The position numbers and the translations under genes are program-made. From Deltaproteobacteria bacterium (GTDB lineage Bacteria; Myxococcota; Myxococcia; Myxococcales; 40CM-4-68-19): a stretch of DNA of 64,000 bases. The stretch is from NCBI GenBank assembly GCA_025358085.1, contig JANYKT010000058.1, positions 7,744-71,743 on the forward strand, given 5' to 3'. Within the stretch, counting starts at the first letter, position 1. Each line of letters begins with the position of its first letter. Below the pieces are notes generated by a model. It worked only from the letters and a program-made list of their open reading frames with translations, had not been told where the DNA came from and ran no database searches. Positions 1 through 10,132 of the stretch are shown here, piece by piece.

Positions 1-671
1 CTGGTGGCCGGTCCCGGCATCTGGTCGGCGATGCCCAGGGTGTACTTGACCACGCGCTGGGAGTGGTGGCTGGTCTCGTGCTCGCGCGCGTCGAGCGCCT
101 GGACCAGCGCTGCGAGTGTGCTTGCGTAGGCGGTTTCGATCCCGAGCAGCGCAGCGCTCAGCTCGGAGGTCTTTTCGCGGACCAGGTGTGTCAGGCCCTC
201 ATGGTACCGGGTGCGGGCAAGGGCGAGCTCGCGCCCGCTGTGGGCGCGCTCGACCGCTCGCACGAGCTCGGTCACGCGCGGCGGCTTCAGCAGGTAGTCG
301 GCCGCGCCGCGCTTCAAGCATGCGACCGCCGACTCGGTGTCGCCATAGCCGGTCAGCATCACGACGGCGGCGTCGGGGTGGCGCTCGAAGATCTGGTCGA
401 GCAGCCACATGCCGTCGTGGTCGGGCATCTTCATGTCCGAAAGGATGAGCGGCAGCTCAGGCTCGCTGCTGAGCACCCTCAGCGCAGCCTCGGCGCAGTC
501 GGCCTGGCGCACGCGATAGCCCTCCTCGCGCAGGACCGCGCAGAGCACCTCGCGCACGGCTCGGTCGTCATCGACCACCAGTACGATCGGCTGCGCATCG
601 GCAGGCCGCTTGCGCTCGTCCGCAAGGCGATCGCCAGCGGCCGGGGGGCTTGCGCTGATGAGGCGAATCAT
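1..671 (-). CDS. Response regulator (REC domain) fused to an HD-GYP phosphodiesterase domain; 3' end lies outside the window
   Basis: Reverse-complement translation from the ATG at 669-671 gives MIRLISASPP...PIVLVVDDDRAVREVL (REC), then ...LDAREHETSHHSQRVVKYTLGIADQMPG (HD-GYP-type motif). Not in the ORF track because it runs off the window edge. Confidence 0.6.
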   Translation of the reverse strand, partial: MIRLISASPPAAGDRLADERKRPADAQPIVLVVDDDRAVREVLCAVLREEGYRVRQADCAEAALRVLSSEPELPLILSDMKMPDHDGMWLLDQIFERHPDAAVVMLTGYGDTESAVACLKRGAADYLLKPPRVTELVRAVERAHSGRELALARTRYHEGLTHLVREKTSELSAALLGIETAYASTLAALVQALDAREHETSHHSQRVVKYTLGIADQMPGPAT

Positions 672-817
672 CGTTGTTCGCTCCTGGAAAAGCGGTTGTT
701 CTACCGCGGCGGGGGGCGAGCAAGTCAATCGCTCCGCGGGGACTTCGCGCGCGATTGACATCGCGAGGTGTCTCCGGGTAGGGCGGATTCCCTTCTGAGC
801 GCGAAGCAGGAGTCCCC

Positions 818-2428
818 ATGGCTGATTCCGTCCCCTCCCTTTCGCAGTCGCAGATCCCGACGCCGCTCGCGAATGCGCCGTTGCGGCTGCCGCAGGGCGT
901 GGTGAGCGCGCAGGGCACGCTGGTGGTGTACGAGCCGGGCAGCGGCAAGCTGCTGGGTGAGGTGCGCGTCAGCACGCCGCTGCAAGTCACCGAGGCGGTG
1001 GCGGCGTCGCGAGCGGCGCAGGCCGAGTGGGGTGCCGAAAGCTTCGCCGCGCGCAAGGCAGTGCTGCTCCGTTTCCAGCGATTGCTGCTCGAGCGCGCCG
1101 AAGACTTCTGTGACCACATCACCCGCGAGAACGGCAAGACCCGCAACGAGTCGCTTTTCATGGAGGTGCTGCCGGTCGCTGACGCGGTGCACTTCTGGGC
1201 CGGCAACGCGCGCAAGCTGCTGCGGGACGAGAAGATCCCGCTGCACCTGTTCCCTCACAAGAAGAGCTACCTGCGCTACTACCCGCGCGGCGTCATCGGC
1301 ATCATCGCGCCCTGGAATTATCCCTTCTCCATTCCCACTGGCGACGCGGTGGCGGCGCTGATGGCGGGCAACGGCGTGGTGGTCAAGCCGTCGGAATACA
1401 CGCCGCTCATCATGGAGAAGACGCGCGCACTCTTTGAGGAGGCGGGCCTTCCCCGCGGGCTCTTCTCGGTGGTGCAAGGCCGCGGCGAGGTGGGCGCGAC
1501 GCTTGTCGCCTCGGGCGTGAACATGGTCATCTTCACCGGGTCGGTCGCGACCGGCCGCAAGGTGAATGTCGCGGCCGCCCAGCAGCTGGTCCCGTGCGTG
1601 CTGGAGCTCGGCGGCAAGGACCCCGCCCTGGTGCTGGCCGACGCAGACCTCGACAGCGCGGCCAAAAAGATTGCCTGGGGTGCATTCGCCAACTCGGGCC
1701 AGATCTGCGCATCGGTCGAGCGCGTCTACGTGCACGAGAGCGTGGCCCGGCCGCTCACCGACAAGCTGGTCGCGCTCACCAAAACGCTGCGTCAGGGCGA
1801 GCCCAACACCCACGAAGTCGACGTCGGCGCCATGACCACCCAGATGCAGCTGGACGTCATCCAGCGCCACCTGGACGATGCGCTTGCGAAGGGCGCGGTG
1901 ATCCTGGCTGGTGGCCACATCACCGTGACGCCCTCCGGCGCGCGCTTCGTGCAGCCGACCGTGCTCGGCAACGTGACCCGCGAGATGGCCATCGTCCGCG
2001 ACGAGACCTTCGGACCGATGCTGCCGATCATGACCTTCAAGACGGACGACGAGGCGGTCCGGCTGGCCAACGATTCCGTCTACGGCCTCTCCGCTTATGT
2101 GTTCTCCGGCAGCCGCGCCCATGCGGAAAAGATCGCCAACCGGCTCATCGCCGGGACCGTCATGCACAACGACACGCTGTACACGCACGCCGCGCCCGAG
2201 ACGCCCTGGGGCGGGGTCAAGCAGTCGGGCCTGGGACGCGTGCACGGCAAGCACGGCCTCAAGGACCTGTGCGAGGTGCGGCACGTCAACCTGGAACGCT
2301 TCAACGTTCCCGCCTTCTGGTACTACCCGTACGGCAAGAAGGCCTGGACCAACGGGCTGCGCCTTTACCGCACCCTGCTCGGCAACGGACTGGGCGCTCG
2401 GCTGAAGGCCTTGTTCGGGAAGCACTGA
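818..2428 (+). CDS. NAD(P)-dependent aldehyde dehydrogenase family protein
   Basis: 536-aa ORF with ALDH hallmarks (ELGGKDP, GQICASVERVYVHE, VNMVIFTGSVATG). Confidence 0.85.
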   Translation: MADSVPSLSQSQIPTPLANAPLRLPQGVVSAQGTLVVYEPGSGKLLGEVRVSTPLQVTEAVAASRAAQAEWGAESFAARKAVLLRFQRLLLERAEDFCDHITRENGKTRNESLFMEVLPVADAVHFWAGNARKLLRDEKIPLHLFPHKKSYLRYYPRGVIGIIAPWNYPFSIPTGDAVAALMAGNGVVVKPSEYTPLIMEKTRALFEEAGLPRGLFSVVQGRGEVGATLVASGVNMVIFTGSVATGRKVNVAAAQQLVPCVLELGGKDPALVLADADLDSAAKKIAWGAFANSGQICASVERVYVHESVARPLTDKLVALTKTLRQGEPNTHEVDVGAMTTQMQLDVIQRHLDDALAKGAVILAGGHITVTPSGARFVQPTVLGNVTREMAIVRDETFGPMLPIMTFKTDDEAVRLANDSVYGLSAYVFSGSRAHAEKIANRLIAGTVMHNDTLYTHAAPETPWGGVKQSGLGRVHGKHGLKDLCEVRHVNLERFNVPAFWYYPYGKKAWTNGLRLYRTLLGNGLGARLKALFGKH

Positions 2429-2489
2429 GCCGCTAAGGCAGGCATTGTTGACAGGGGAGGACCCCGGCGCTACTTGAGCCGCCCTTTCG

Positions 2490-3932
2490 ATGGGAGGCAC
2501 TTCAGTGGCCCAGGCACCGATTCAATATGACGTCGCGATCATCGGCGCAGGACCGGGCGGGTATGTCGCCGCCATCCGGGCCGGGCAGCTGGGCCTCAAA
2601 GTCGTGGTGATTGAAAAGGACGAACGGCTGGGCGGCACCTGCCTCCTTCGCGGCTGCATCCCCACCAAATGCCTGCTGCACTCGGCCGCCGTTCTGGAGG
2701 AGGCCCGCGACGGCGCCGAGCATGGGGTCATCGCCGAGAACGTGCGCATCGACATGCCCGGCGTGAACAAGCGCAAGGACAAGGTCGTCGCCAAGAATGC
2801 AAAAGGCGTCGAGTTCCTCTTTCGCAAGAACAAAGTCGATCGGCTACACGGCCACGCGCGCATCGCGGGACCGGGCAAGATCTCCGTCAGCGGCGGGTCT
2901 TCGAAAGAAGTCTCGGTCGAAGCGAAGCACATCGTCCTCGCCACCGGCAGCGCGCCGCGGGTGATTCCGGGCATCCAGGTCGACGGCAGGCAAGTCGTTA
3001 CCAGCGATGAGCTGCTGAAGAATGATGTAGTCCCCAAGCGCCTGATCGTGCTGGGCGCCGGCGCGGTGGGCGTGGAGTTCGCCTCGGTCTACAGACGCTT
3101 CGGAAGCGAGGTCACCATCGTCGAGATGCTGCCGCACCTGGTGCCGCTCGAGGACGTGGACATCTCGACCGAGTTCGAGAAAGCCATGCGGAGGCGCGGC
3201 ATCAAGGGCCTGACCAGCGCGAAGCTGGAAAAAGTCGAGGTCGCCGGCGGCCTGGTCAAGGCCACGGTGACTACATCGAAAGGCAGCGAGGTCCTCGAGG
3301 CGGAAATGTTCCTCTGTGCCGTGGGCCGGCGGCCGGTCTCCGAAAATCTGGACTTGGAAAAATTTCCCAAGGTCAAGGTCGAGCGCGGCTACGTGGTGGT
3401 CGATCAGAAGACCATGCTCACCGGCGAAGAGTGGCTGTCGGCCATCGGCGACGTCGTCGCGGTGCCGGGCCGCCCGCACCCGCAGCTCGCGCACCTGGCG
3501 TCGGCCGAGGGCATCTTCGTCATCGAGCGGCTCGCGGGGCTGAAGCCGCACCCGATCAATCTCGATCTCGTCCCGGGCGCGACCTACTCCGACCCGGAGG
3601 TGGCGTCGGTCGGGCTGACCGAAAAAGCGGCGCGCGAGAAGGGTTATCAGGTCAAGATTGGCGTCTTCCCGTTCTCCGCCAATTCAAAGGGCATGATCCT
3701 CGGCACCAGCGAAGGCATGGTGAAGATCGTCGCCGAGGAGAAGTACGACGAGGTGCTCGGCGTGCACATCGTCGGCCCAGCGGCGACCGAGCTGATTGCC
3801 GAAGCGTGCGCGCTCCTGCGGCTGGAGGCCACCAGCGAAGAGATGATGCACGTCATACGGCCGCACCCGACGCTGAGCGAGGCGCTCACCGAAGCGTCCG
3901 AGGCAGTGCGCGGAAAGTCCATGCATATCTGA
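2490..3932 (+). CDS. lpdA: Dihydrolipoyl dehydrogenase (E3)
   Basis: YDVAIIGAGPGGYVAAIRAGQLG FAD-binding motif, redox-active CLLRGCIPTK, C-terminal HPTLSEAL. The start may be the GTG at 2505. Confidence 0.9.
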   Translation: MGGTSVAQAPIQYDVAIIGAGPGGYVAAIRAGQLGLKVVVIEKDERLGGTCLLRGCIPTKCLLHSAAVLEEARDGAEHGVIAENVRIDMPGVNKRKDKVVAKNAKGVEFLFRKNKVDRLHGHARIAGPGKISVSGGSSKEVSVEAKHIVLATGSAPRVIPGIQVDGRQVVTSDELLKNDVVPKRLIVLGAGAVGVEFASVYRRFGSEVTIVEMLPHLVPLEDVDISTEFEKAMRRRGIKGLTSAKLEKVEVAGGLVKATVTTSKGSEVLEAEMFLCAVGRRPVSENLDLEKFPKVKVERGYVVVDQKTMLTGEEWLSAIGDVVAVPGRPHPQLAHLASAEGIFVIERLAGLKPHPINLDLVPGATYSDPEVASVGLTEKAAREKGYQVKIGVFPFSANSKGMILGTSEGMVKIVAEEKYDEVLGVHIVGPAATELIAEACALLRLEATSEEMMHVIRPHPTLSEALTEASEAVRGKSMHI

Positions 3933-4007
3933 GCCAAGGCCGCATCGCCGGGCAGCGGCCGCGTCGCTCACTTCTGCGCGATGCTTGTCGATGGGCCGGC
4001 GTGGCCG

Positions 4008-4430
4008 CTAATCGCCCGCCTCGTCCCTGCGCGAGATCCACAGGACGAGCGCGATGAAGAGCGGCTGAAACGGCAAGCGGGCCCAGAGCAACCAGACCGG
4101 CAGCGAGCCGCCGAGCGCGGGGTGCAACACCATGTTCACGTTCGCCGGAAAGACAGCGACGAAGAGCAGTGCGAGGCCGATGCCGGCCGCTCGACGGACC
4201 TGCCGGACCAGCAATCCCAGCCCGCCGAGCACCTCGAAGAAGCCGCTCAGCTGCACCAGCAACAGCTTGGCCGGCAGCGCGACCGGCACGATGCGCACGA
4301 AGCCGCCGGGGCTGGCGAAGTGAGCCCCGCCGATAGCGAGCATCGCTCCAGCCGTGAGGACGCGCACGATTCCGCGGATGCGTTCCTTCTTGCCGCGCAC
4401 GATTCCGCGGATGCGTTTCTTCTCGATCAC
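4008..4430 (-). CDS. DoxX-family small membrane protein
   Basis: The C-terminal ~140 aa of the 4008..5258 minus-strand ORF is hydrophobic and DoxX-like (LTAGAMLAIGGAHF...VFPANVNMV). The proposed GTG start at 4428-4430 avoids overlap with the plus-strand gene. Confidence 0.55.
   Translation of the reverse strand: MIEKKRIRGIVRGKKERIRGIVRVLTAGAMLAIGGAHFASPGGFVRIVPVALPAKLLLVQLSGFFEVLGGLGLLVRQVRRAAGIGLALLFVAVFPANVNMVLHPALGGSLPVWLLWARLPFQPLFIALVLWISRRDEAGD
4362..4417. repeat. Perfect 23-bp direct repeat with 33-bp period (GCGCACGATTCCGCGGATGCGTT at 4362-4384 and 4395-4417), in frame within the DoxX N-terminus
   Basis: Seen directly in the sequence. It encodes a duplicated KRIRGIVRGK / ERIRGIVRVL peptide. 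Confidence 0.85.
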
Positions 4431-4490
4431 GAGCGCCTCCGCACCACACAAGCGCGAAGCCGCCGCCGCGCGCCACTCGAATCGTGGGAA

Positions 4491-5177
4491 GTGTTCTCTC
4501 CGTTGCCCGCTCTCTCGCCCAGGCTGGAAGCAGTCCTCGCCGCCGCCGGCCGCTGCGGCGTGCTCGCGGACATCTGCGCCGACCACGCGCTGGTCGCGCT
4601 CGCGGCTGTCGCCCGGGGGACGGCAATGCTCGCCATCGCGGTCGAGTCGCGGAGTGCGCCGCTGCTGCTGGCCTCGCGCAACCTGGCACTCTCCCGGCTT
4701 TCGGGCCGGGTGCTGCTGGTGCGCGGCAGCGGGCTCGCGCCGGTGCGTCGCGCGGACGTCATCGTGATCGCCGGCGTCGGCGGCGACCTGGCGGCGCAGC
4801 TGCTGGACGCAGGCGGCGCAGGCGGCGGCTTCGCAAACCGCGTCGTAGTGCAGCCCAATCGCCACTCGCGTGAAGTGCGGTCGTGGGCCAGGGGCGCGGG
4901 CTTCCACGTCGTCGAGGAGCGCGCAGTGGCTGAAGGCGGCCAGCTCCACCTGGTGCTCTCGTTCGAGCGGCGGGGTGGCGACGACCCCGCTTACGGCGCG
5001 CGGCCCGATCAGGCGGAGCTGCTGCTGGGGCCACTGCTGCTCGCCCGCGGCGCTGCGGCGGACCCGGCCTCGCGGCTTTTCCTGCGCCGCGAGCTGCCGC
5101 GGCTGCGCGCACTCTCGGAACGCCGGCCTGACCTCGCCTGCGCCGCGGCAGTCCTGGAAGAGCTGTTCGGGGGCTGA
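4491..5177 (+). CDS. Class I SAM-dependent methyltransferase, TrmK-like (tRNA adenine-N1 methyltransferase family)
   Basis: LSPRLEAVLAAAGRCGVLADICADHALVALAAV and VIVIAGVGGDLAAQLL resemble the TrmK/YqfN N-terminus and core. Start is uncertain (GTG 4491 or TTG 4503); it is the 3' part of the 3981..5177 ORF. Confidence 0.5.
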   Translation: MFSPLPALSPRLEAVLAAAGRCGVLADICADHALVALAAVARGTAMLAIAVESRSAPLLLASRNLALSRLSGRVLLVRGSGLAPVRRADVIVIAGVGGDLAAQLLDAGGAGGGFANRVVVQPNRHSREVRSWARGAGFHVVEERAVAEGGQLHLVLSFERRGGDDPAYGARPDQAELLLGPLLLARGAAADPASRLFLRRELPRLRALSERRPDLACAAAVLEELFGG

Positions 5178-5182
5178 AAAGC

Positions 5183-6274
5183 TCAGCGCTGCAGCCGGAG
5201 CGCGGGCCCGCGACCCATCTGGCGCAACCAGCGCAGGTTCGAGGCGAGGGCGCTCCACAGGGTCGGCTCGGCGCTGTAGACGACCCCGTAATCACCGCAG
5301 GTCTTTTGCACGATGGCCGAGACCGCCGGGTAGTGCACGTGGCAGATGCGCGGGAAGAGGTGGTGCTCGATCTGGAAATTCAGCCCGCCCAGGTACCAGC
5401 TGAGAAGCCGGCTGCGGCGCGCGAAGTCAACCGTGGTAGCGACCTGGTGCTCGGCCCAGCCCGCCTGCATCTGGCCGCCCGCGTTCGCCTCGGGAAACTG
5501 GGCCAGGCTCACGCAGTGCGCGAGCTGGAAGACGACCGATGTGACTACACCGAGCGTGCCCACTCCCAGGAGCCAGAGCGGCAGGAGTTTCCAGGTCGGA
5601 TGCAGGAGCAGCGGCACGACGAAGGCCCAGGTCACGAACAGCACCTTCCCACCGAGCGCGCTCGCGAGTGCCCAGCCGCGCGCGGGAGGAAAGCTGTGCG
5701 AGGCGATCCGGCCGCTCGCCAGCTCGCGCGAGTCGTCCAGGAACCACCACTTGAGCGGGAAGACGGCGTACAAAATCCAGATGTAGAGGTGCTGGAAGCG
5801 GTGAAAGCGACGCTGCTCCTGGGAGGGCGCGAGCCGCAGCATCGAGCTTGCCTCGAGGTCCGTGTCGAGCCCGGCGATGTTCGTATAGGTGTGGTGAAGG
5901 ATGTTGTGCTTCTGCCGCCAGACGTGCGAGCTCGCGCCCAGCACGTCGATGCTGAAGCCCATCAGCCGATTGAGCCGGGGACTCTTGGCGTAGCTGCCGT
6001 GGTTGGCGTCGTGCATCACGCTGAAACCGATGCCCGCCATGGCGAGCCCGATGGAGACGGTCAAGAGCCCGGTGAGCACCGGCCCCACGTCGGCGAAGAG
6101 CGCCAATGCGTAGGAGCCCATCAGCCAGGCGGCCAGGATCGCGGTCTTGACCCGGATTGCCCAGCCTCCGTGCGGCTCACGGCCGGTGCTGTCGAAGTAG
6201 GCTTGCACCCTCGACTTGAGGTCGGTGTGGAAGGTGCTGCCGGAGGGGAAGTGGACGCGGGCGGCGGACGACAT
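5183..6274 (-). CDS. Membrane fatty-acid desaturase
   Basis: Three histidine boxes: HDANHGS, HNILHHTYTN, QIEHHLFP. Multiple hydrophobic segments. Confidence 0.8.
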   Translation of the reverse strand: MSSAARVHFPSGSTFHTDLKSRVQAYFDSTGREPHGGWAIRVKTAILAAWLMGSYALALFADVGPVLTGLLTVSIGLAMAGIGFSVMHDANHGSYAKSPRLNRLMGFSIDVLGASSHVWRQKHNILHHTYTNIAGLDTDLEASSMLRLAPSQEQRRFHRFQHLYIWILYAVFPLKWWFLDDSRELASGRIASHSFPPARGWALASALGGKVLFVTWAFVVPLLLHPTWKLLPLWLLGVGTLGVVTSVVFQLAHCVSLAQFPEANAGGQMQAGWAEHQVATTVDFARRSRLLSWYLGGLNFQIEHHLFPRICHVHYPAVSAIVQKTCGDYGVVYSAEPTLWSALASNLRWLRQMGRGPALRLQR

Positions 6275-6430
6275 TGGGGGGGAGACTAGGAAGCGTAGGT
6301 CACCGAGGCGTCACGGCCTGAAAAGCGGGTACCCGCGAAATCAGTAAGGTGTCCCGGATCAGGGCCCCGGATCGCGGGCAGGATTAGCAGCCTCGCGCTT
6401 CGGCGCGCTTTCGGTTATGACCGCCGCCTC

Positions 6431-7372
6431 ATGGGCCAGGGATTGATCCAGCTCGGGGGGACTCCGGTCGCGGCAGGCTGCGGCCCCGTGCGCAGGCGCG
6501 ACCCCAAACCCGACTGGCTGAAGGTCAAGATGCCAGGCGGCGGCCGCTATGAGCAGGTCAAACAGACTCTCCGCGAGCTCAACCTGGTCACCGTCTGCGA
6601 GGAGGCCAGCTGCCCCAATGTCGGCGAGTGCTGGGGCTCGGGCACCGCGACCGTCATGCTCATGGGCGACGTCTGCACGCGTGGCTGCCGCTTCTGCGAC
6701 GTCAGCTCGGGCACGCCGGGGCCGCTCGACCCGCTGGAGCCGCGGCACCTGGCCGAAGCGGTCTCGCGACTGGGGCTCGACTACCTTGTAGTCACCTCGG
6801 TCAATCGCGACGAGCTTGCGGATGGCGGCGCAGCTCACTTCGCCACCGCCATCGCCGAGCTGCGCCGCGCGGCGCCGCGCACGCTGGTCGAGGTGCTGAC
6901 GCCGGACTTCCAGGGGCGCTCGTTCGCGCTGGATATGATCATCGAAGCCGAACCGGCCGTCGCCGCCCACAACCTCGAGACGGTGCAGCGCCTGACCCCG
7001 CGGGTCCGCGACCGGCGCGCCTCGTACCAGCAGTCGCTCGAGGTGCTCGCTTATTACAAGGCCGGCGGAATGCGGACCAAGAGCTCCATCATGCTCGGGC
7101 TCGGCGAGACCCGCGAAGAGGTGCTGCAGGCCATGCAGGACCTGCGCGCGGTGGGCTGCGACATCCTCACGCTCGGGCAGTATTTGCGCCCCACCGACAA
7201 GCACCTCGCGGTCGAGGAGTTCGTCCGGCCGGAGGTCTTCCAGCAGCTTGAGCAGGACGGCCTCGGGCTCGGCTTCAAGTTCGTGGCCGCAGGGCCGCTG
7301 GTGCGTTCGTCCTACAAGGCCGGCGAATTCTTCATCCGCAACTGGGTCGAGTCGGCCCGCGCCGTCGGTTAA
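6431..7372 (+). CDS. lipA: Lipoyl synthase
   Basis: CEEASCPNVGECW and CTRGCRFC radical-SAM/auxiliary cluster motifs; KPDWLKVK N-terminus. Confidence 0.9.
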   Translation: MGQGLIQLGGTPVAAGCGPVRRRDPKPDWLKVKMPGGGRYEQVKQTLRELNLVTVCEEASCPNVGECWGSGTATVMLMGDVCTRGCRFCDVSSGTPGPLDPLEPRHLAEAVSRLGLDYLVVTSVNRDELADGGAAHFATAIAELRRAAPRTLVEVLTPDFQGRSFALDMIIEAEPAVAAHNLETVQRLTPRVRDRRASYQQSLEVLAYYKAGGMRTKSSIMLGLGETREEVLQAMQDLRAVGCDILTLGQYLRPTDKHLAVEEFVRPEVFQQLEQDGLGLGFKFVAAGPLVRSSYKAGEFFIRNWVESARAVG

Positions 7373-7385
7373 CAAAATTACCGAA

Positions 7386-8360
7386 ATGCCCATCAACAAT
7401 ATCATCCAGGCGGTCAACGACGCCCTGCGCATCGAGATGCGCCGCGACCCGCGCGTGGTCGTGCTCGGCGAGGACGTCGGCAAGTTCGGCGGCGTCTTCC
7501 GCGCCACCGCTGGCCTCTACGAGGAGTTCGGCGAGGACCGGGTCATCGACACGCCGCTCGCCGAGGCGGGCATCATCGGCGCCGCCATCGGCATGGCCAT
7601 GTACGGCTTGCGGCCCGTCCCCGAGATCCAGTTCAGCGACTTCATCTTCCCTGCCTTCGACCAGATCGTTAATGAATTGGCAAAGCTTCGTTATCGAAGC
7701 GGCGGCCAGTACACCGCGCCGGTCGTCATCCGCACGCCGGTGGGCGGCGGCATCAAGGGCGGGCACTATCACTCGCAGTCGCCCGAGGCGCTCTTCATCC
7801 ACACGCCCGGCTTGCAAGTGGTCTGTCCGTCCAACCCGCACGACGCCAAGGGGCTCTTGCTCTCGGCGCTTCGAGGGGACGATCCGGTGCTCTTCATGGA
7901 GCCGAAGCGCGTGTACCGCGCGTCGAAAGGCGAAGTTCCCGAAGGTGACTACACCATCCCTCTGGGCGTGCTGCGGGTAGCGCGCGAGGGGCGCGGCCTC
8001 ACCGTGATCGCCTGGGGCGCCATGTTTCACGAAGCGCTCGCGGCGGTCACGCAGGCGCCCGAGCTGGACGCCGAGCTGCTCGATCTGCGCACGCTCTGGC
8101 CGCTCGATCTCGACGCCATCGTGCGCAGCGTGCGGAAGACCGGCCGCCTCGCCATCGTGCAGGAGGCGCCGCGGACGTGTGGTCTCGCGGCCGAGATCGC
8201 AGCGCTGGTGCAGGAGCGCTGCTTCACCTCTCTGGAGGCCCCCATCCGCCGCATCACCGGGTGGGACGTGCCGTTTCCGTACACGCTCGAAAATGATTAC
8301 CTGCCGCTCGCGCCGCGCATCCTGCAGGGACTGCGCGAGCTTTCGGCCTACCAGCCTTAA
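7386..8360 (+). CDS. 2-oxoacid dehydrogenase E1 component, beta subunit
   Basis: MPINNIIQAVNDALRIEMRRDPRVVVLGEDVG... is a typical E1-beta N-terminus; the ATG at 7386 lies inside the longer 7248..8360 ORF. Confidence 0.85.
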   Translation: MPINNIIQAVNDALRIEMRRDPRVVVLGEDVGKFGGVFRATAGLYEEFGEDRVIDTPLAEAGIIGAAIGMAMYGLRPVPEIQFSDFIFPAFDQIVNELAKLRYRSGGQYTAPVVIRTPVGGGIKGGHYHSQSPEALFIHTPGLQVVCPSNPHDAKGLLLSALRGDDPVLFMEPKRVYRASKGEVPEGDYTIPLGVLRVAREGRGLTVIAWGAMFHEALAAVTQAPELDAELLDLRTLWPLDLDAIVRSVRKTGRLAIVQEAPRTCGLAAEIAALVQERCFTSLEAPIRRITGWDVPFPYTLENDYLPLAPRILQGLRELSAYQP

Positions 8361-8372
8361 GGAGCACTCCAC

Positions 8373-9734
8373 ATGGCACAATTCGAGTTCAAGCTACCGG
8401 ACATCGGCGAGGGCGTCGTCGAGGGCGAGATCGTCAAGTGGCTGGTGAAAACCGGCGACGACATCATCGAGGACCAGCCGCTCGTCGAGGTGATGACCGA
8501 TAAGGCAACGGTGACCATCCCCTCGCCGCGACGGGGCAAGGTCGTGCGGACGGTGGGCAGCGAAGGCGAGATCGCCAGGGTGCACGGGACGCTGGTGGTG
8601 CTCGAGGTCGGCGGGACCGGGCCGGATACGGCATCGCACGGGCAGCCGAGCAACGCGCAGGCGGCGCCGTCGTTGCCTGCCTCCAGTGCAGGGCAGCCAG
8701 CGCCGCTGCAGACCGCGCACGCGCCGGTGGCGGCGACTTCCGCGAGAGCTTCGGGTGCGGCGGCCGGGGCCGGCGCCTACGGTCACGCGCCTGCCGCCGA
8801 GGTCGATGCATCCGGGGCGAACGGTCAGACCAACGGCGATGGCCGTCGCGTGCTGGCCACGCCGGTCACCCGCAAGATGGCGCGAGAGTTTGGCGTTGAT
8901 CTCTCGCAGTTGCATGGGTCCGGTCCGCAAGGCCGCGTGATGAAGGCCGACCTGCTCGCGCACCAGGAGCGGCCGCAGCCGGCAGCGAGGCCAGCCGCAC
9001 CGTCCCCTGTGCCAAGCGAGGCCGACGAGGTCCGCCCCTTGCGGGGCCTGCGCAAGAGCATCGCGAAGAGCATGGTGCAGAGCCACGGCTTCGTGGTGCC
9101 GTTCACCTTCATCGAAGAGTGCGACACCGCGCGGCTTACCCAACTGCGCGAGCGTCTGAATGGGGAGTTGGTCAAGCGCGGCGAGGCGAAGCTCAGTTAC
9201 CTGCCGTTCATCACCAAGGCGCTGCTGCACGGCTTCCGCAAGTTCCCGGAGCTCAACGCGGTGATGGACGAGCAGAAGCAGGCGCTCATCGTCCGCAAGG
9301 AGTTCAACATCGGCTATGGCGCGGCCACGGACGCGGGGCTGACGGTCTTCGTCATCAAGGACGTCGCGCACAAGTCGGTGAAGGTGCTTGGCGCCGAGCT
9401 GGAGCGACTTTCGAAGGCGGCGCGCGAGAACAAGCTGCAGCTGAGCGATTTCAAGGGCTCGACCTTCACGGTGACCTCGCTGGGCCGCGATGGCGGGCTG
9501 ATGGCGACGCCGGTTGTCAATCATCCCGAGGTGGCCATTCTCGGCATCCACAAGATCAAGGAATGGGCGAAGCCCGTGCGCAACTCCGACGGAAGCGTGA
9601 GCGTGGAGATCGCCGAGCGGATGAACCTGTCCTGCTCGTTCGATCACCGCGTCATCGACGGCCACATCGGCGCGGCTTTTCTCTACGAAGTCATCCGCGC
9701 GCTGGAAGCTCCGGAGCTGCTGCTCATCGATTGA
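8373..9734 (+). CDS. Dihydrolipoamide acyltransferase (E2) of a 2-oxoacid dehydrogenase complex
   Basis: N-terminal lipoyl domain (DIGEGVVEGEIVKWLVKTGD...VMTDKATV), Ala/Pro-rich linker, catalytic DHRVIDG motif. Confidence 0.85.
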   Translation: MAQFEFKLPDIGEGVVEGEIVKWLVKTGDDIIEDQPLVEVMTDKATVTIPSPRRGKVVRTVGSEGEIARVHGTLVVLEVGGTGPDTASHGQPSNAQAAPSLPASSAGQPAPLQTAHAPVAATSARASGAAAGAGAYGHAPAAEVDASGANGQTNGDGRRVLATPVTRKMAREFGVDLSQLHGSGPQGRVMKADLLAHQERPQPAARPAAPSPVPSEADEVRPLRGLRKSIAKSMVQSHGFVVPFTFIEECDTARLTQLRERLNGELVKRGEAKLSYLPFITKALLHGFRKFPELNAVMDEQKQALIVRKEFNIGYGAATDAGLTVFVIKDVAHKSVKVLGAELERLSKAARENKLQLSDFKGSTFTVTSLGRDGGLMATPVVNHPEVAILGIHKIKEWAKPVRNSDGSVSVEIAERMNLSCSFDHRVIDGHIGAAFLYEVIRALEAPELLLID

Positions 9735-9739
9735 TCAGA

Positions 9740-10132
9740 TCAGCCGGGGATGCCGAGGCGGGCCAGCTCGGCCGGAAGCCGGCCGGTGAGCGCAAAAGCG
9801 AGCATGCGAAAGTCGCCGCGGAAGCTCCAGAGCGGGTGCTGGAATGTGGCTGGCCGGTTGTGCTCGATGAAGAAGTGGCCAATCCAGGCGAAGGCATACC
9901 CGCAGAGGAGCGCGGCCAGCACGAATCGCGGCTGCCGTGTCGCGAAGGCGTAGAGGGCGATCAAGACCGCGAGTGAAGTGCCGATGAAGTGCAACCTGCG
10001 GGTGGCCGCGCGGGCGTGCTCGCGCAGATAAAAGGGCCAGAAGTCTTCGAAGGTCTTCATTGCAATTGCCTCGTCGATGGCTTGCGTACCGAAGCCTTCG
10101 ATCAATGTTCCGCGAATGTCGAGCACCGGCAC
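9740..10132 (-). CDS. DUF962/Mpo1-like small membrane protein
   Basis: FEDFWPFYLREHARAATRRLHFIGT pattern typical of the DUF962 family; two or three TM helices. Confidence 0.5.
   Translation of the reverse strand: MPVLDIRGTLIEGFGTQAIDEAIAMKTFEDFWPFYLREHARAATRRLHFIGTSLAVLIALYAFATRQPRFVLAALLCGYAFAWIGHFFIEHNRPATFQHPLWSFRGDFRMLAFALTGRLPAELARLGIPG

Noticed and set aside
63-758. 231-aa plus-strand ORF (and many similar long ORFs such as 725..2500-, 3886..4689-, 10102..11556-, 41544..42566-, 44110..45048+, 61054..62532-)
   Set aside because: They lie antisense or out of frame to genes with clear domain signatures, are Arg/Ala/Pro-rich and low-complexity, and are the expected spurious ORFs of roughly 70%-GC DNA.
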